Shown here piece by piece: positions 52,795 through 61,505 of a stretch of DNA of 64,000 bases. The notes beneath the pieces are model-generated. The model searched no databases. It was not told the origin of the DNA and saw only the letters and a list, made by a program, of their open reading frames with translations. The translations under genes and the position numbers were made by a program. Numbering within the stretch: the stretch's first letter is position 1; the number at the start of each line of letters is the position of its first letter. The stretch comes from Alphaproteobacteria bacterium (lineage in GTDB: Bacteria; Pseudomonadota; Alphaproteobacteria; TMED109): positions 436,744 to 500,743 of the forward strand of contig OZ220701.1 of assembly GCA_965116745.1 (NCBI GenBank), written 5' to 3'.

Positions 52795-53841
52795 GTGAAG
52801 AGCAGTTGCAGCACGGGTGACGTGACGGGCGCTCTGTTTCCGTTTCCCGAGGGCTGGTACTTCGTCATCAGCCGACGCTCTTTGGTAAAGAGCAAACTGA
52901 TTCAACGGCAGTGGCTGGGCCAGGACATCATCGCCTGGTGTGACAGTGAAGGCACTGTCTGCGTGGCCGAGTCGGTGTGCCCGCATATGGGTTCATCTCT
53001 GGGCCCGGCCGCAGGCGGGCAAGTGCGCGACGACTGTCTCGTCTGCCCCTTTCACGGGTTCACGTACGATATTTCCGGCAGTTGCGTGGCGACTCCCTTT
53101 GCTCCGCCGCCGAAATCCGTGAAGCTTCAGGTGCTCGATGTACGGGAAATTCATGGCCTGATCTTCGCCTGGTGGAGCGCAGCCGGACGACCGCCGCAAT
53201 GGACCTTGCCGGACGTGCCGTCCGCGGGAGACGACTGGTGCGCCCCGGAAGTCCGGAGCGTCCGATTTCGCGGCCATGTCCAGGAGTTGGCAGAGAACTC
53301 CGTGGATCTGGCCCACCTGCAGTACGTACATGGTTACCGAGACGTAAATCCGGTCGGCTCGACCACGGTGGATGGCGCCCATCTGCTTGCCCGGTTCGAG
53401 TTCCGCCGGCGCCGGCGTATCGCCGGCATTGTCGAGTCCGTCTACCAGGTTTCTGCTGCCGCCCACGTCCATGGGCTCGGTTACTCTTTCGTCGATATCC
53501 AGGAGCACTCGATCGGCATGGACCTGCGGCTCTGGGTCCTTGCCACCCCGGTCGACGGCACGTTGGTGGAGTTGGTCCTGGTCAGCCAGATCCGGAACAT
53601 GCGCAACCCCAAACGACCGATCGTGGGCCTGGGGTTCCTGCCCGCGAAGCTGCGCACCAGCGTCATGAACAAGTTCGTGGTATCCGCGCAAATGCGGGAT
53701 GTCCGCCAGGATGTCGTCATCTGGCAACGACGGCGGCATCGTCCGCATCCGCGATTGAGTCGTTCTGACGGCGACATCGGCAGATATCGTCGCTATTGCA
53801 AACAGTTCTATCCGCGCGTCGACGAAGGTGATGACAGGTAG
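52795..53841 (+). CDS. Rieske [2Fe-2S] non-heme iron oxygenase (sterol-desaturase/SdmA/KshA-like class)
   Basis: Rieske motif CPHMGSSL...(17)...CPFHGF, preceded by FPEGWYFV. The C-terminal catalytic region includes NSVDLAHLQYVHG. Start GTG 52795 is proposed; the 395-aa ORF start at 52654 adds a non-homologous leader. Confidence 0.8.
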   Translation: MKSSCSTGDVTGALFPFPEGWYFVISRRSLVKSKLIQRQWLGQDIIAWCDSEGTVCVAESVCPHMGSSLGPAAGGQVRDDCLVCPFHGFTYDISGSCVATPFAPPPKSVKLQVLDVREIHGLIFAWWSAAGRPPQWTLPDVPSAGDDWCAPEVRSVRFRGHVQELAENSVDLAHLQYVHGYRDVNPVGSTTVDGAHLLARFEFRRRRRIAGIVESVYQVSAAAHVHGLGYSFVDIQEHSIGMDLRLWVLATPVDGTLVELVLVSQIRNMRNPKRPIVGLGFLPAKLRTSVMNKFVVSAQMRDVRQDVVIWQRRRHRPHPRLSRSDGDIGRYRRYCKQFYPRVDEGDDR

Positions 53842-53975
53842 CCGCTGTGCGGGCCTGGAAGCCCGCTTTTGCGGCCCGGTCGCGACCGGTGACCCGGGGC
53901 AACCGAACCGCTAGCGGAAGCTGACGATCCCCAACCGGCAGTGCAGCGCCAGCGGGCCATGACCCTTCCCGTGCG

Positions 53976-55334
53976 CTACGCCTTCCTGAACCGTGACCCG
54001 TGCAGGATGCTCCCATAGTGGTTGAACCACCGCCTGGCCTCGGGGTCGTCAAAGGGATAGTCGGCGCCAAGCTGCCTCGCCGCGGCGAGGCCGGTGATGA
54101 GGCATGTCTCCTGGCTGTTGATCAGCGTGTGAGCGCCGCAGTGCCACGTCCTTCGCTTGCCCTGAATGAAGCGGAACAGGCCCACGAGCATCGTGACTTG
54201 ACGCAGGTCATGAACGATATGCTGGAACCGGCGCTTCGAGATGATTTTCAGCTCGTCGATGGGACTGGTCGCGTTGTAGGTCACCAGGCAGGGCTTGTCC
54301 GAACGCTTGGCCCAGGGCTGCTGGTTGTGGATGATGTGCGTGATCTCGTAATTGTCAGGTTTGTCGCCGTACTGCCGGATGTAGTTGGTCCGAGTGGCCA
54401 GGCACTTCATGTCGTTGTCGGGCAGGACAGAGGAGTCCCAGTGAACGACGGCTTGACGGTGGATATCGTTGTCGTATCGGATTGACGAAAGGATGAAGCG
54501 TTCGAGCCGGGAAGGCTGGTCCAGGATTTTCAGGGTCTGGTCTGCCGGGCATGCAAACACAACCTCGTCGAACGTTTCCCGGGCCCCGGACGCATCCTCA
54601 ATCACGACGCCGGATGCCTGTCGGTACACCTTCGAGACCGGCCGGTTGAGGTAGATTTTGTCCCGGAAGCCAGCCGACAGGTTCTCGTAGATTCGTCGAG
54701 TCCCCTGATCCCACGTCCACATGGGGGTGCCCGTCTCGATATTGAAGAATTCGAGATACCTCGAGAAGAGCGCCGCTGGCAGATCGAACACGTTCGAGGC
54801 CAGTACGAAATTGATGAACATCGGCTTCAGGATCTTGTACCGGAAGGCCTCGGAAAATCCCCCCAGATTCAAGACCGTCCGCATGCTGACGTAATTGAAC
54901 GGGTTGAGGGCGTTCAGGTACTTGGACCGGGCGCGGCTGAGCCAGCCGATCCAGTGCAAACGTCTCAGGAGGCGCTGAAACTTCCTGATTTCGGATTGAA
55001 GATCGTCCCTGATCTCGGACTCGAAATCATGGGCGTAGGCTTGGCCACCGTACTCGACGCTGTAGGTGAACCTGGTATCAATGAGCTTGATATCGAACGC
55101 TTCCATCAGCAACAGGACGTGGTGATACACTGATGGAATAAGGGCCGTGACCGATATGTCGAAGGGAATTGAACTGCCGTCATTCTGGGGCATGTCGACG
55201 GTGACCGCGTTCCCGCCGAGCTGCTCCTGGGCCTCGAACAGGCGGAAATCAAAACGGTCCGGGTGATGATGCAGCGCCCAGGCGGCGCCCAGTCCCGAGA
55301 CGCCTCCACCCACAACAGCAATTCGTTGCGGCAT
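53976..55334 (-). CDS. FAD-dependent oxidoreductase (amine-oxidase fold, COG2907-like)
   Basis: Dinucleotide fold MPQRIAVVGGGVSGLGAAWAL...FEAQEQLGGNA and the C-terminal ...HCGAHTLINSQETCLITGLAAARQLG. GC is visibly lower than in the flanks. Confidence 0.8.
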   Translation of the reverse strand: MPQRIAVVGGGVSGLGAAWALHHHPDRFDFRLFEAQEQLGGNAVTVDMPQNDGSSIPFDISVTALIPSVYHHVLLLMEAFDIKLIDTRFTYSVEYGGQAYAHDFESEIRDDLQSEIRKFQRLLRRLHWIGWLSRARSKYLNALNPFNYVSMRTVLNLGGFSEAFRYKILKPMFINFVLASNVFDLPAALFSRYLEFFNIETGTPMWTWDQGTRRIYENLSAGFRDKIYLNRPVSKVYRQASGVVIEDASGARETFDEVVFACPADQTLKILDQPSRLERFILSSIRYDNDIHRQAVVHWDSSVLPDNDMKCLATRTNYIRQYGDKPDNYEITHIIHNQQPWAKRSDKPCLVTYNATSPIDELKIISKRRFQHIVHDLRQVTMLVGLFRFIQGKRRTWHCGAHTLINSQETCLITGLAAARQLGADYPFDDPEARRWFNHYGSILHGSRFRKA

Positions 55335-55757
55335 TGCGGTTTTCCTCGCAAATCTCGGAACTTGGAAACTTACCACCGTGCCCGATCGCCCACTAGGCAG
55401 CCATGCTGCTTGGCCGCGCCATGGCAGGAAGAAACGAACCGCCGGTCAGGCAGCGACAGCGATGTCGGACCCGAGGCCGCCGTCTGGCCAAATCACTGCC
55501 GTGCCGCGGCGTGCCCTTCGTAGTGCGTTTGCGATTAACGTGCGTCGAGTGCCTGATCTCGGGGGACGTCTGATCGATGGGATCGAGATCTGGTGAAGGC
55601 GGTGCAGCACCCGCGGTTGTGTCCCTGCATTGCGGGCGGCGTGGCGCCCGGTTCTGTTCATGGCGGTAGCTCCCGTGGCCAGCCAAACGGGGGGTCCAAT
55701 CAGAATGTTGTTCGCGGCCTGCCGAAGCGTCATCATCCTTTCCGAGTGAGAACCGGC

Positions 55758-56537
55758 ATGCATTTTCTCGTGTTTTCGAAGCGGTTCGGGCTGGCCGTTC
55801 TCGCGCTGCTTTCGTGCGTTTCGGCCCAGGCCGCCGATTGGAGCAACACCGAATTTCATCTCCAGGTCGGCCGTCTGGATGCCCCCTCTTTCGCTGGCGG
55901 CGGCAGAGCCCTACACGTGATCCATACGCTGCAGCACGCAAGCGGATGGCAATATGGCGACAACTTCTTCTTCGTTGACGTCGTGGATTCGCGGCAGCCC
56001 GGCGCCCCCGACATCGACTTCTACAGCGAAGCCTACGCGAACTTGAGCCTTGGCAAGATTACCGGCGGTCGCGTCGGCACCGGCCTGGTTTCGGATATCG
56101 GGCTGATCGGCGGCTTCAACTGGGCCGTGGACGCGAAGGTCCGAAAATATGCAGCCGGCGTACGGCTGGCGCTCGGCCTCGAGGGTTTTGCGTTCGCGAA
56201 CCTCGACCTGATGGCCCTGATCGACGACAGCGAGGGGTTCGTGTCCGGCGGGGCGCCCGCGGAGGACGACACTATCCTCATCGACTTCAACTTCGCACGG
56301 CCGTTCAGGATCGGCACAGCGGACTTCAGCCTCGAAGGCCATATCGAATATGTCGGCGGGCGGACCAACGAACTCGGCGGCACGGTGGGATCGTGGATCT
56401 TGGCGCAGCCCCAGCTGCAGTGGCACTTGACTGATCGGCTCGCGCTCGGGATCGAGTACCAGTTGTGGATCAACAAGTTGGGCGACCGGGACACCGACGA
56501 GAACGCCGTGCAGGCTTTGATCGTGTGGGAATTCTAG
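55758..56537 (+). CDS. Tsx/OmpK-like outer-membrane channel
   Basis: Signal peptide MHFLVFSKRFGLAVLALLSCVSAQA. ADWSNTEFHLQVG... and the terminal ...NAVQALIVWEF match the Tsx/OmpK family pattern. Confidence 0.7.
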   Translation: MHFLVFSKRFGLAVLALLSCVSAQAADWSNTEFHLQVGRLDAPSFAGGGRALHVIHTLQHASGWQYGDNFFFVDVVDSRQPGAPDIDFYSEAYANLSLGKITGGRVGTGLVSDIGLIGGFNWAVDAKVRKYAAGVRLALGLEGFAFANLDLMALIDDSEGFVSGGAPAEDDTILIDFNFARPFRIGTADFSLEGHIEYVGGRTNELGGTVGSWILAQPQLQWHLTDRLALGIEYQLWINKLGDRDTDENAVQALIVWEF

Positions 56538-57134
56538 GCCCTGCGTCGGTCGGGCTCACGCGTGCGGCCATGACAATCCGCCAGGCGACGCCACCGACCG
56601 AATGGTTGCGCCCGCCGCCCCGGAGGAATGGTCCTGCGCGAAGAGTGCGTAGCGTGGGTTGGTCGAGCGTGAGGTCGCCGCGCCGAACGGAGCGCCGATC
56701 CATAGGTTTAAGTTCAACCGGTACTGGATCCGGGTGCCGGGACGCGGCACCCTGTGCGTGGAGGTGCCGTACTGTGCGAACGTCCGGCCCGGCAATGGGT
56801 TCCCCGTGCGGCGGCATCGGCCACCTGGACGACGCGTGGTCCGGGGATCGCGAAGTGCGGGCTGCTGTCGCAGCTGGCACCGAGCCTGGCCCGCATCGGC
56901 GGAGTATCCGGATCGGCAGGGGTGCCGAAGCGCCGGTCACGAGAGAGACGAAGCGCGGTCGTGCGCTGCCCGGGATTCCGGTGCCTGGATCCAATCCGAA
57001 CCGACGATGATGGTCGACGCGAACGCGATCCGTGGCGCGCTGCCCGAACCTGCAGCTGATGTGGGTGCGGCCGTTCTCGCGGGTGGCGTACCATCCCCGC
57101 GCAGACAGGCAGGGCAAGCGGGCGGAGTCCTGCC

Positions 57135-58130
57135 ATGCGGGTGATCACGGGAGCGAGCGGCCATATCGGCGGTGTGCTCGCCCGAGTGCTGGCCGACCGG
57201 GGTGATCCCCGTCAGGTCCGCGCGATCTACCGCGATCGGAAAGGAACGGCAGCCGATCTCGCCATTGAGTGGGTCGGTGGCGACATCCTCGACCAGGAAT
57301 CGCTGGTTGCCGCGTTCTCGGGAGCGGAAACCGTCTACCACCTGGCCGCCTTGGTGTCGATTGACCCCGGCCGGGCCAAGGATGTCCACACGACGAACGT
57401 GTCGGGCACGCGCAACGTCGTTGAGGCAGCCCTGCGCTGCGGCGTGCGGCGGCTGGTGCACGTTTCCTCGATTCACGCCTTCAACCAGCACCCGCTCGAC
57501 GAAGTGCTCGACGAGCGCCGTGGTCCCGCCGACGGTCCGTGGCACGCCGCCTACGACCTGTCGAAAGCGGCAGGCGAACGGGAGATTCGGCGCGGCATTG
57601 ATCGCGGCCTCGATGCCGTGATCCTCAACCCGACCAGCGTCATCGGCCCCTTCGACGGCGTGCCCTCGTACATGGGACACGTGTTCCTCGACCTGTACCG
57701 GAGACGCATTCCCGCGCAGGTTGCGGGCGGCTTCGACTGGGTGGACGTGCGCGACGTGGTCGACGCCACGGTGGCCGCCGAGACGAAGGCGAGGTGCGGC
57801 GAGAACTACCTCCTGTCAGGCGGCTGGGATACCGTGCGCAACCTGGCGATCCTGTCCGAGCAGGCGACCGGGGTGCCGGTGTCGCGTTTCGTGGTCCCCT
57901 TGTTCGTGGCCCGGCTCTGGGCGCCCTTTCAGGTCATGTTGGACCGTAGTCAGGGGCGCCGGCCGCTCTATACGCCGTCGGCGGTACGCGTGATGAGCAA
58001 CGGCAACCGCCGGATATCCAACGCCAAGGCGCGGGCGGAACTCGGGTTCGAGCCGCGTCCCTTGGCAGATTCCGTACGGGATGCCTACCGTTGGTTCGAC
58101 GAGCAGGGCATGCTCGGCGAAGCTGGTTGA
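57135..58130 (+). CDS. extended short-chain dehydrogenase/reductase (3-beta-HSD/HpnA/dihydroflavonol reductase-like)
   Basis: MRVITGASGHIGGVLARVL (Rossmann fold), YDLSKAAGE (YxxxK), 331 aa. Confidence 0.85.
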   Translation: MRVITGASGHIGGVLARVLADRGDPRQVRAIYRDRKGTAADLAIEWVGGDILDQESLVAAFSGAETVYHLAALVSIDPGRAKDVHTTNVSGTRNVVEAALRCGVRRLVHVSSIHAFNQHPLDEVLDERRGPADGPWHAAYDLSKAAGEREIRRGIDRGLDAVILNPTSVIGPFDGVPSYMGHVFLDLYRRRIPAQVAGGFDWVDVRDVVDATVAAETKARCGENYLLSGGWDTVRNLAILSEQATGVPVSRFVVPLFVARLWAPFQVMLDRSQGRRPLYTPSAVRVMSNGNRRISNAKARAELGFEPRPLADSVRDAYRWFDEQGMLGEAG

Positions 58131-58131
58131 G

Positions 58132-58893
58132 ATGGCCGAGGAACAACTGCACGGCGTGCTGGTATGGGCGGTCATCGCCGCGGCCGGCCTGACGTTCCTG
58201 TACCTGCTCCGCCTGACCGCGCCCTACGGCCGCCACTACGCCGGCACGGGCTGGGGGCCCCACATCTCCAGCCGGCTCGGCTGGGTCATCATGGAACTGC
58301 CGGCGGTCGTCATCTTTCTCGCGGTCTATCTCGCCGGAAAGTCGGCGTCCCATCTCGTGCCGCTGTTCTTCCTGGCCATGTGGCAGGTCCACTATCTGAA
58401 CCGGACGTTCGTGTTTCCGTTCCGGATCCGGGCAAGCGGACGGAAGACGCCGCTGCTGATCGTGGCGTCAGGCTTGTTCTTCAATGCGATCAACGCCTAC
58501 ATCAATGCCCGGTTCATTTCGGAATTCGGCGAGTACGCGGTCGAATGGCTCGCCGACCCGCGTTTCCTGATCGGCGTCGGAGTTTTCCTGGCGGGGATGG
58601 CGCTCAACCTGCACGCCGACCACGTCCTCATTCGCCTGCGTGGACCGGGCGAGACCGGCTACGTGATCCCGCAGGGAGGCGGGTATCGCTTCGTGTCGTG
58701 TCCCAACTACCTGGGTGAACTCCTCGAATGGGCCGGCTGGGCACTCGCCACGTGGTCGACGTGCGGTCTCGCCTTTTTCCTCTTTACCGCCGCCAATCTC
58801 GTGCCCAGGGCGCGCAGCAATCACCAATGGTACCGGGAGACCTTCAGCGATTACCCGCCTCGCCGGAAGGCGCTGATACCGGGCGTCTTCTGA
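58132..58893 (+). CDS. 3-oxo-5-alpha-steroid 4-dehydrogenase (steroid 5-alpha-reductase, SRD5A/DET2 family)
   Basis: The C-terminus GGGYRFVSCPNYLGELLEWAGWALATWSTCGLAFFLFTAANLVPRARSNHQWYRETFSDYPPRRKALIPGVF is collinear with human SRD5A1 (GGLFEYVTAANYFGEIMEWCGYALASWS...RAKEHHEWYLRKFEEYPKFRKIIIPFLF). The start ATG is 2 nt after the SDR stop. Confidence 0.85.
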   Translation: MAEEQLHGVLVWAVIAAAGLTFLYLLRLTAPYGRHYAGTGWGPHISSRLGWVIMELPAVVIFLAVYLAGKSASHLVPLFFLAMWQVHYLNRTFVFPFRIRASGRKTPLLIVASGLFFNAINAYINARFISEFGEYAVEWLADPRFLIGVGVFLAGMALNLHADHVLIRLRGPGETGYVIPQGGGYRFVSCPNYLGELLEWAGWALATWSTCGLAFFLFTAANLVPRARSNHQWYRETFSDYPPRRKALIPGVF

Positions 58894-58941
58894 TCAGGCG
58901 GCGGTCGGGTGCGGCGACCGCCCGGCGGCCTGCGCCTGCTC

Positions 58942-59784
58942 TCAGCGGTTCGTCACCTGCAGCCACGTCCAGAGCAGGCCCATCATGACGGGCTGGTGCA
59001 GCAGGTAGTAGACGAGGCTGTTGCGGCCGAGGAAGCGGACGAACCGCCCGACGTGGCCTTCCATCCGGTAGACCGCCAGCCGGCGCAGCGCCCCCGCCCC
59101 GTGCGCCCATCTGGCGGCGCCGATACCAAAGAGCACCGCTGCCAGCCAGGGAAACACCGGGAAGTAGTCGCCCGAATTCGGGCGGGCGACCGACAGCCCG
59201 GTCCACTGCCAGATCCGCGCGTCCAGCAACTCGGTCTGCACCGTTTCGTTGATGGCGAGAATGGCCACCGCCGCGGCCACCGCCAGCCACCACGGGCCCC
59301 GCACGAACGCCAGGCCGGCGATGCCGGCAAACGCGATCAGGTGCAGGATGCCGAAAAAGATCAGCGACTGTGGCGTGGCGATCCAGGTGGCAGCGGTGAT
59401 GGCCAGCGCCCCCAGGACGATCAGCGCCAGCCGCCGGGCCCAGCGCGTCCAGTGGAAGGCGTGCGCGTGCGCGAGATAGAGGCTCGCGCCCGTCGCGAAC
59501 AGGAAGCTGATGGCCACGGCCTTGGCCAGGGCCGCCCAGTGGAGCTGCGTCGTGTAGCCGGGCTCCTGCAGCCCAAAGAACATCAGATCGTAGGCAAAAT
59601 GGAATACGGTCATCCCGATGAGCGCGACCCCCCGCAGCAGGTCCAGCAGCGGGATCCGGGGGACGCTCTCGGTTCCGGCTCGTCGATGGTCCGCGCCGGA
59701 ACGTCCGGCCGGGGCCTGGGCGCCCTGCCGCCGGGATCTCCGCGGTTTCGCTCTCGCTGCCCGTGGTCCGCGCCTTCGAGCCAT
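58942..59784 (-). CDS. DUF1624/HGSNAT-like membrane acyltransferase-family protein
   Basis: RIPLLDLLRGVALIGMTVFHFAYDL... and multiple TM segments are typical of DUF1624. Confidence 0.7.
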   Translation of the reverse strand: MARRRGPRAARAKPRRSRRQGAQAPAGRSGADHRRAGTESVPRIPLLDLLRGVALIGMTVFHFAYDLMFFGLQEPGYTTQLHWAALAKAVAISFLFATGASLYLAHAHAFHWTRWARRLALIVLGALAITAATWIATPQSLIFFGILHLIAFAGIAGLAFVRGPWWLAVAAAVAILAINETVQTELLDARIWQWTGLSVARPNSGDYFPVFPWLAAVLFGIGAARWAHGAGALRRLAVYRMEGHVGRFVRFLGRNSLVYYLLHQPVMMGLLWTWLQVTNR

Positions 59785-60110
59785 GCCCCGATGCCCCCGG
59801 CAGGTTCGATCGTGTCGCCGTCAACCCGGCTTGCCCGCGCGCCGCGCCGATCTTGCCGGCCATCTTACCGCTGCAGCGGCAAGTTCAGGTGCGGGCGAAC
59901 GATCGCGATATCCGGTTTGGCGGCGTCGGTGTCCGGGCGACCCGCACCGGCGCGGTCGCCCGTCCGGCCGGTGCGACGCTGGCAGCGGGCGTCCAGCGGT
60001 GCGGTGGACACCGATGCTCGGGGATCTGGTCGCGGGCTCGGCCCCCTGGTCACGGATATGATCGGTGACCCGGCGGCCGGCCGCCGTCAGCAACCGCATC
60101 CGGGGGCAGC

Positions 60111-61094
60111 GTGAAGTACCGTCGATTGGGCCGCACCGACCTTGAAGTTTCTGAGATCGTCTTCGGTGCCGGGTGGGTTGGCGGCGTCCTGATCCATCAC
60201 GATGCGGAAGTCGGGCGGGCGGCGCTGCGCCTCGCCCGGGAAGCCGGCGTCAACTGGATCGATACCGCCCCGTCCTACGGCGACGGGATCTCGGAGCGTG
60301 CCCTCGGCAAGCTCCTGCCGGAATTCGACTGGAATCCTTATCTCTCGACCAAGTTCCATGTCGATCCGGCGAGCGACCGTCCGGTATCCGAGCAGATCGA
60401 GGAGAGCGTCAGGGGGAGCCTCGCCCGTTTGAACCGGACCTCCGTCGACCTTCTGCAGCTGCACAACCCGCTTGGGGCCGGAAGCGACGCGCGCTGCCTG
60501 GCTGTTGACCGCGTCCTCGAGCCCGGCGGCGTGGCGGATGCGCTTGATGACCTGAAGCGCCGGGGCGTGACCCGTTACGCCGGCTTCACGGCAAACGGCG
60601 ACGCGGACAGCCTGAAGCGGATGGTGACCAGCGCACGGTTCGACACTGCGCAGGTCTATTACAACATGCTGAATCCCAGTGCGGGACGACCGGTGCCCGG
60701 CGGCTGGTCGGCGATCGATTTCGGCAACGTGATCGCCCATTGCGAACGGTGCGATGTCGGGGTGTTCGTCATCCGCGTGCTGGCAGCGGGGGTGCTGGCG
60801 ACCGCGGCGCGGACGGGGCGGGAGATCCCCATGTACGCGAGCGCCGACATGGCCTCCGAGGAAATGCGCGCCCGCGCCGTCTGGGATGCCATCGACGGGG
60901 AGCCGGGCAGCCGGGCGCAGGCGGCGATCCGCTTCGTGCTCGACGACCGGCGCGTCCACGGCGTCCTGGTCGGTCCCAACGTGCCCGAGCACGTGAGCGA
61001 GGCGGCAGCGGCAGTGGACATGGCGCCGCTGCAACCGGACACGGGCGCAGCGCTCCGCCGCCTGTACACGCGCGACTTCGGGCAGCTCAGCTGA
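60111..61094 (+). CDS. aldo/keto reductase
   Basis: MKYRRLGRTDLEVSEIVFGAG...INWIDTAPSYGDGISERALGK...VDLLQLHNP are canonical AKR blocks. Confidence 0.9.
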   Translation: MKYRRLGRTDLEVSEIVFGAGWVGGVLIHHDAEVGRAALRLAREAGVNWIDTAPSYGDGISERALGKLLPEFDWNPYLSTKFHVDPASDRPVSEQIEESVRGSLARLNRTSVDLLQLHNPLGAGSDARCLAVDRVLEPGGVADALDDLKRRGVTRYAGFTANGDADSLKRMVTSARFDTAQVYYNMLNPSAGRPVPGGWSAIDFGNVIAHCERCDVGVFVIRVLAAGVLATAARTGREIPMYASADMASEEMRARAVWDAIDGEPGSRAQAAIRFVLDDRRVHGVLVGPNVPEHVSEAAAAVDMAPLQPDTGAALRRLYTRDFGQLS

Positions 61095-61505
61095 TCCTGC
61101 GAAGGGCCGGGGGCGGGGGTACGCAGCTCCGGTTTGCGCGTGGCGAGTAGTCCGCTCTCGCGGTTCACCACGGGGCTGCCCGGTGTTGCCGTCGTCTTGC
61201 TGCCGGCGCGCTCCCGGCCAGCTGGCGCCGACCGGCGCGTCGGCCCCGGCAGCCGAACGTACCGGCGGGTTCGGGCGGTTCTCCCCACAGCGTGGCGGTC
61301 TCCCGATCGACCGCCACTCCGGCGTCCCGGCGACGGCAGCGAGGCCGGGGTCAACGGCAAGCGGGCAGGTGACGGATCGTTCGTCCGGAAATCGACGACA
61401 ATTCTCGACCTCTAGCCAATCGCCCCTAGATATATGCGCACAGGACATGCATGTCGTGCCAGGAGGAAACCATCTGGAACAGAACCAAGTGCAAGGAACC
61501 CAGCG

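Noticed and set aside
56540-57134. Possible gene in the 600-bp gap between the Tsx-like OMP and the SDR
   Set aside because: All frames on both strands are Arg/Pro-rich or interrupted. A short lower-GC patch near 56700 gives protein-like strings on both strands but no family signal. It is treated as intergenic or regulatory.
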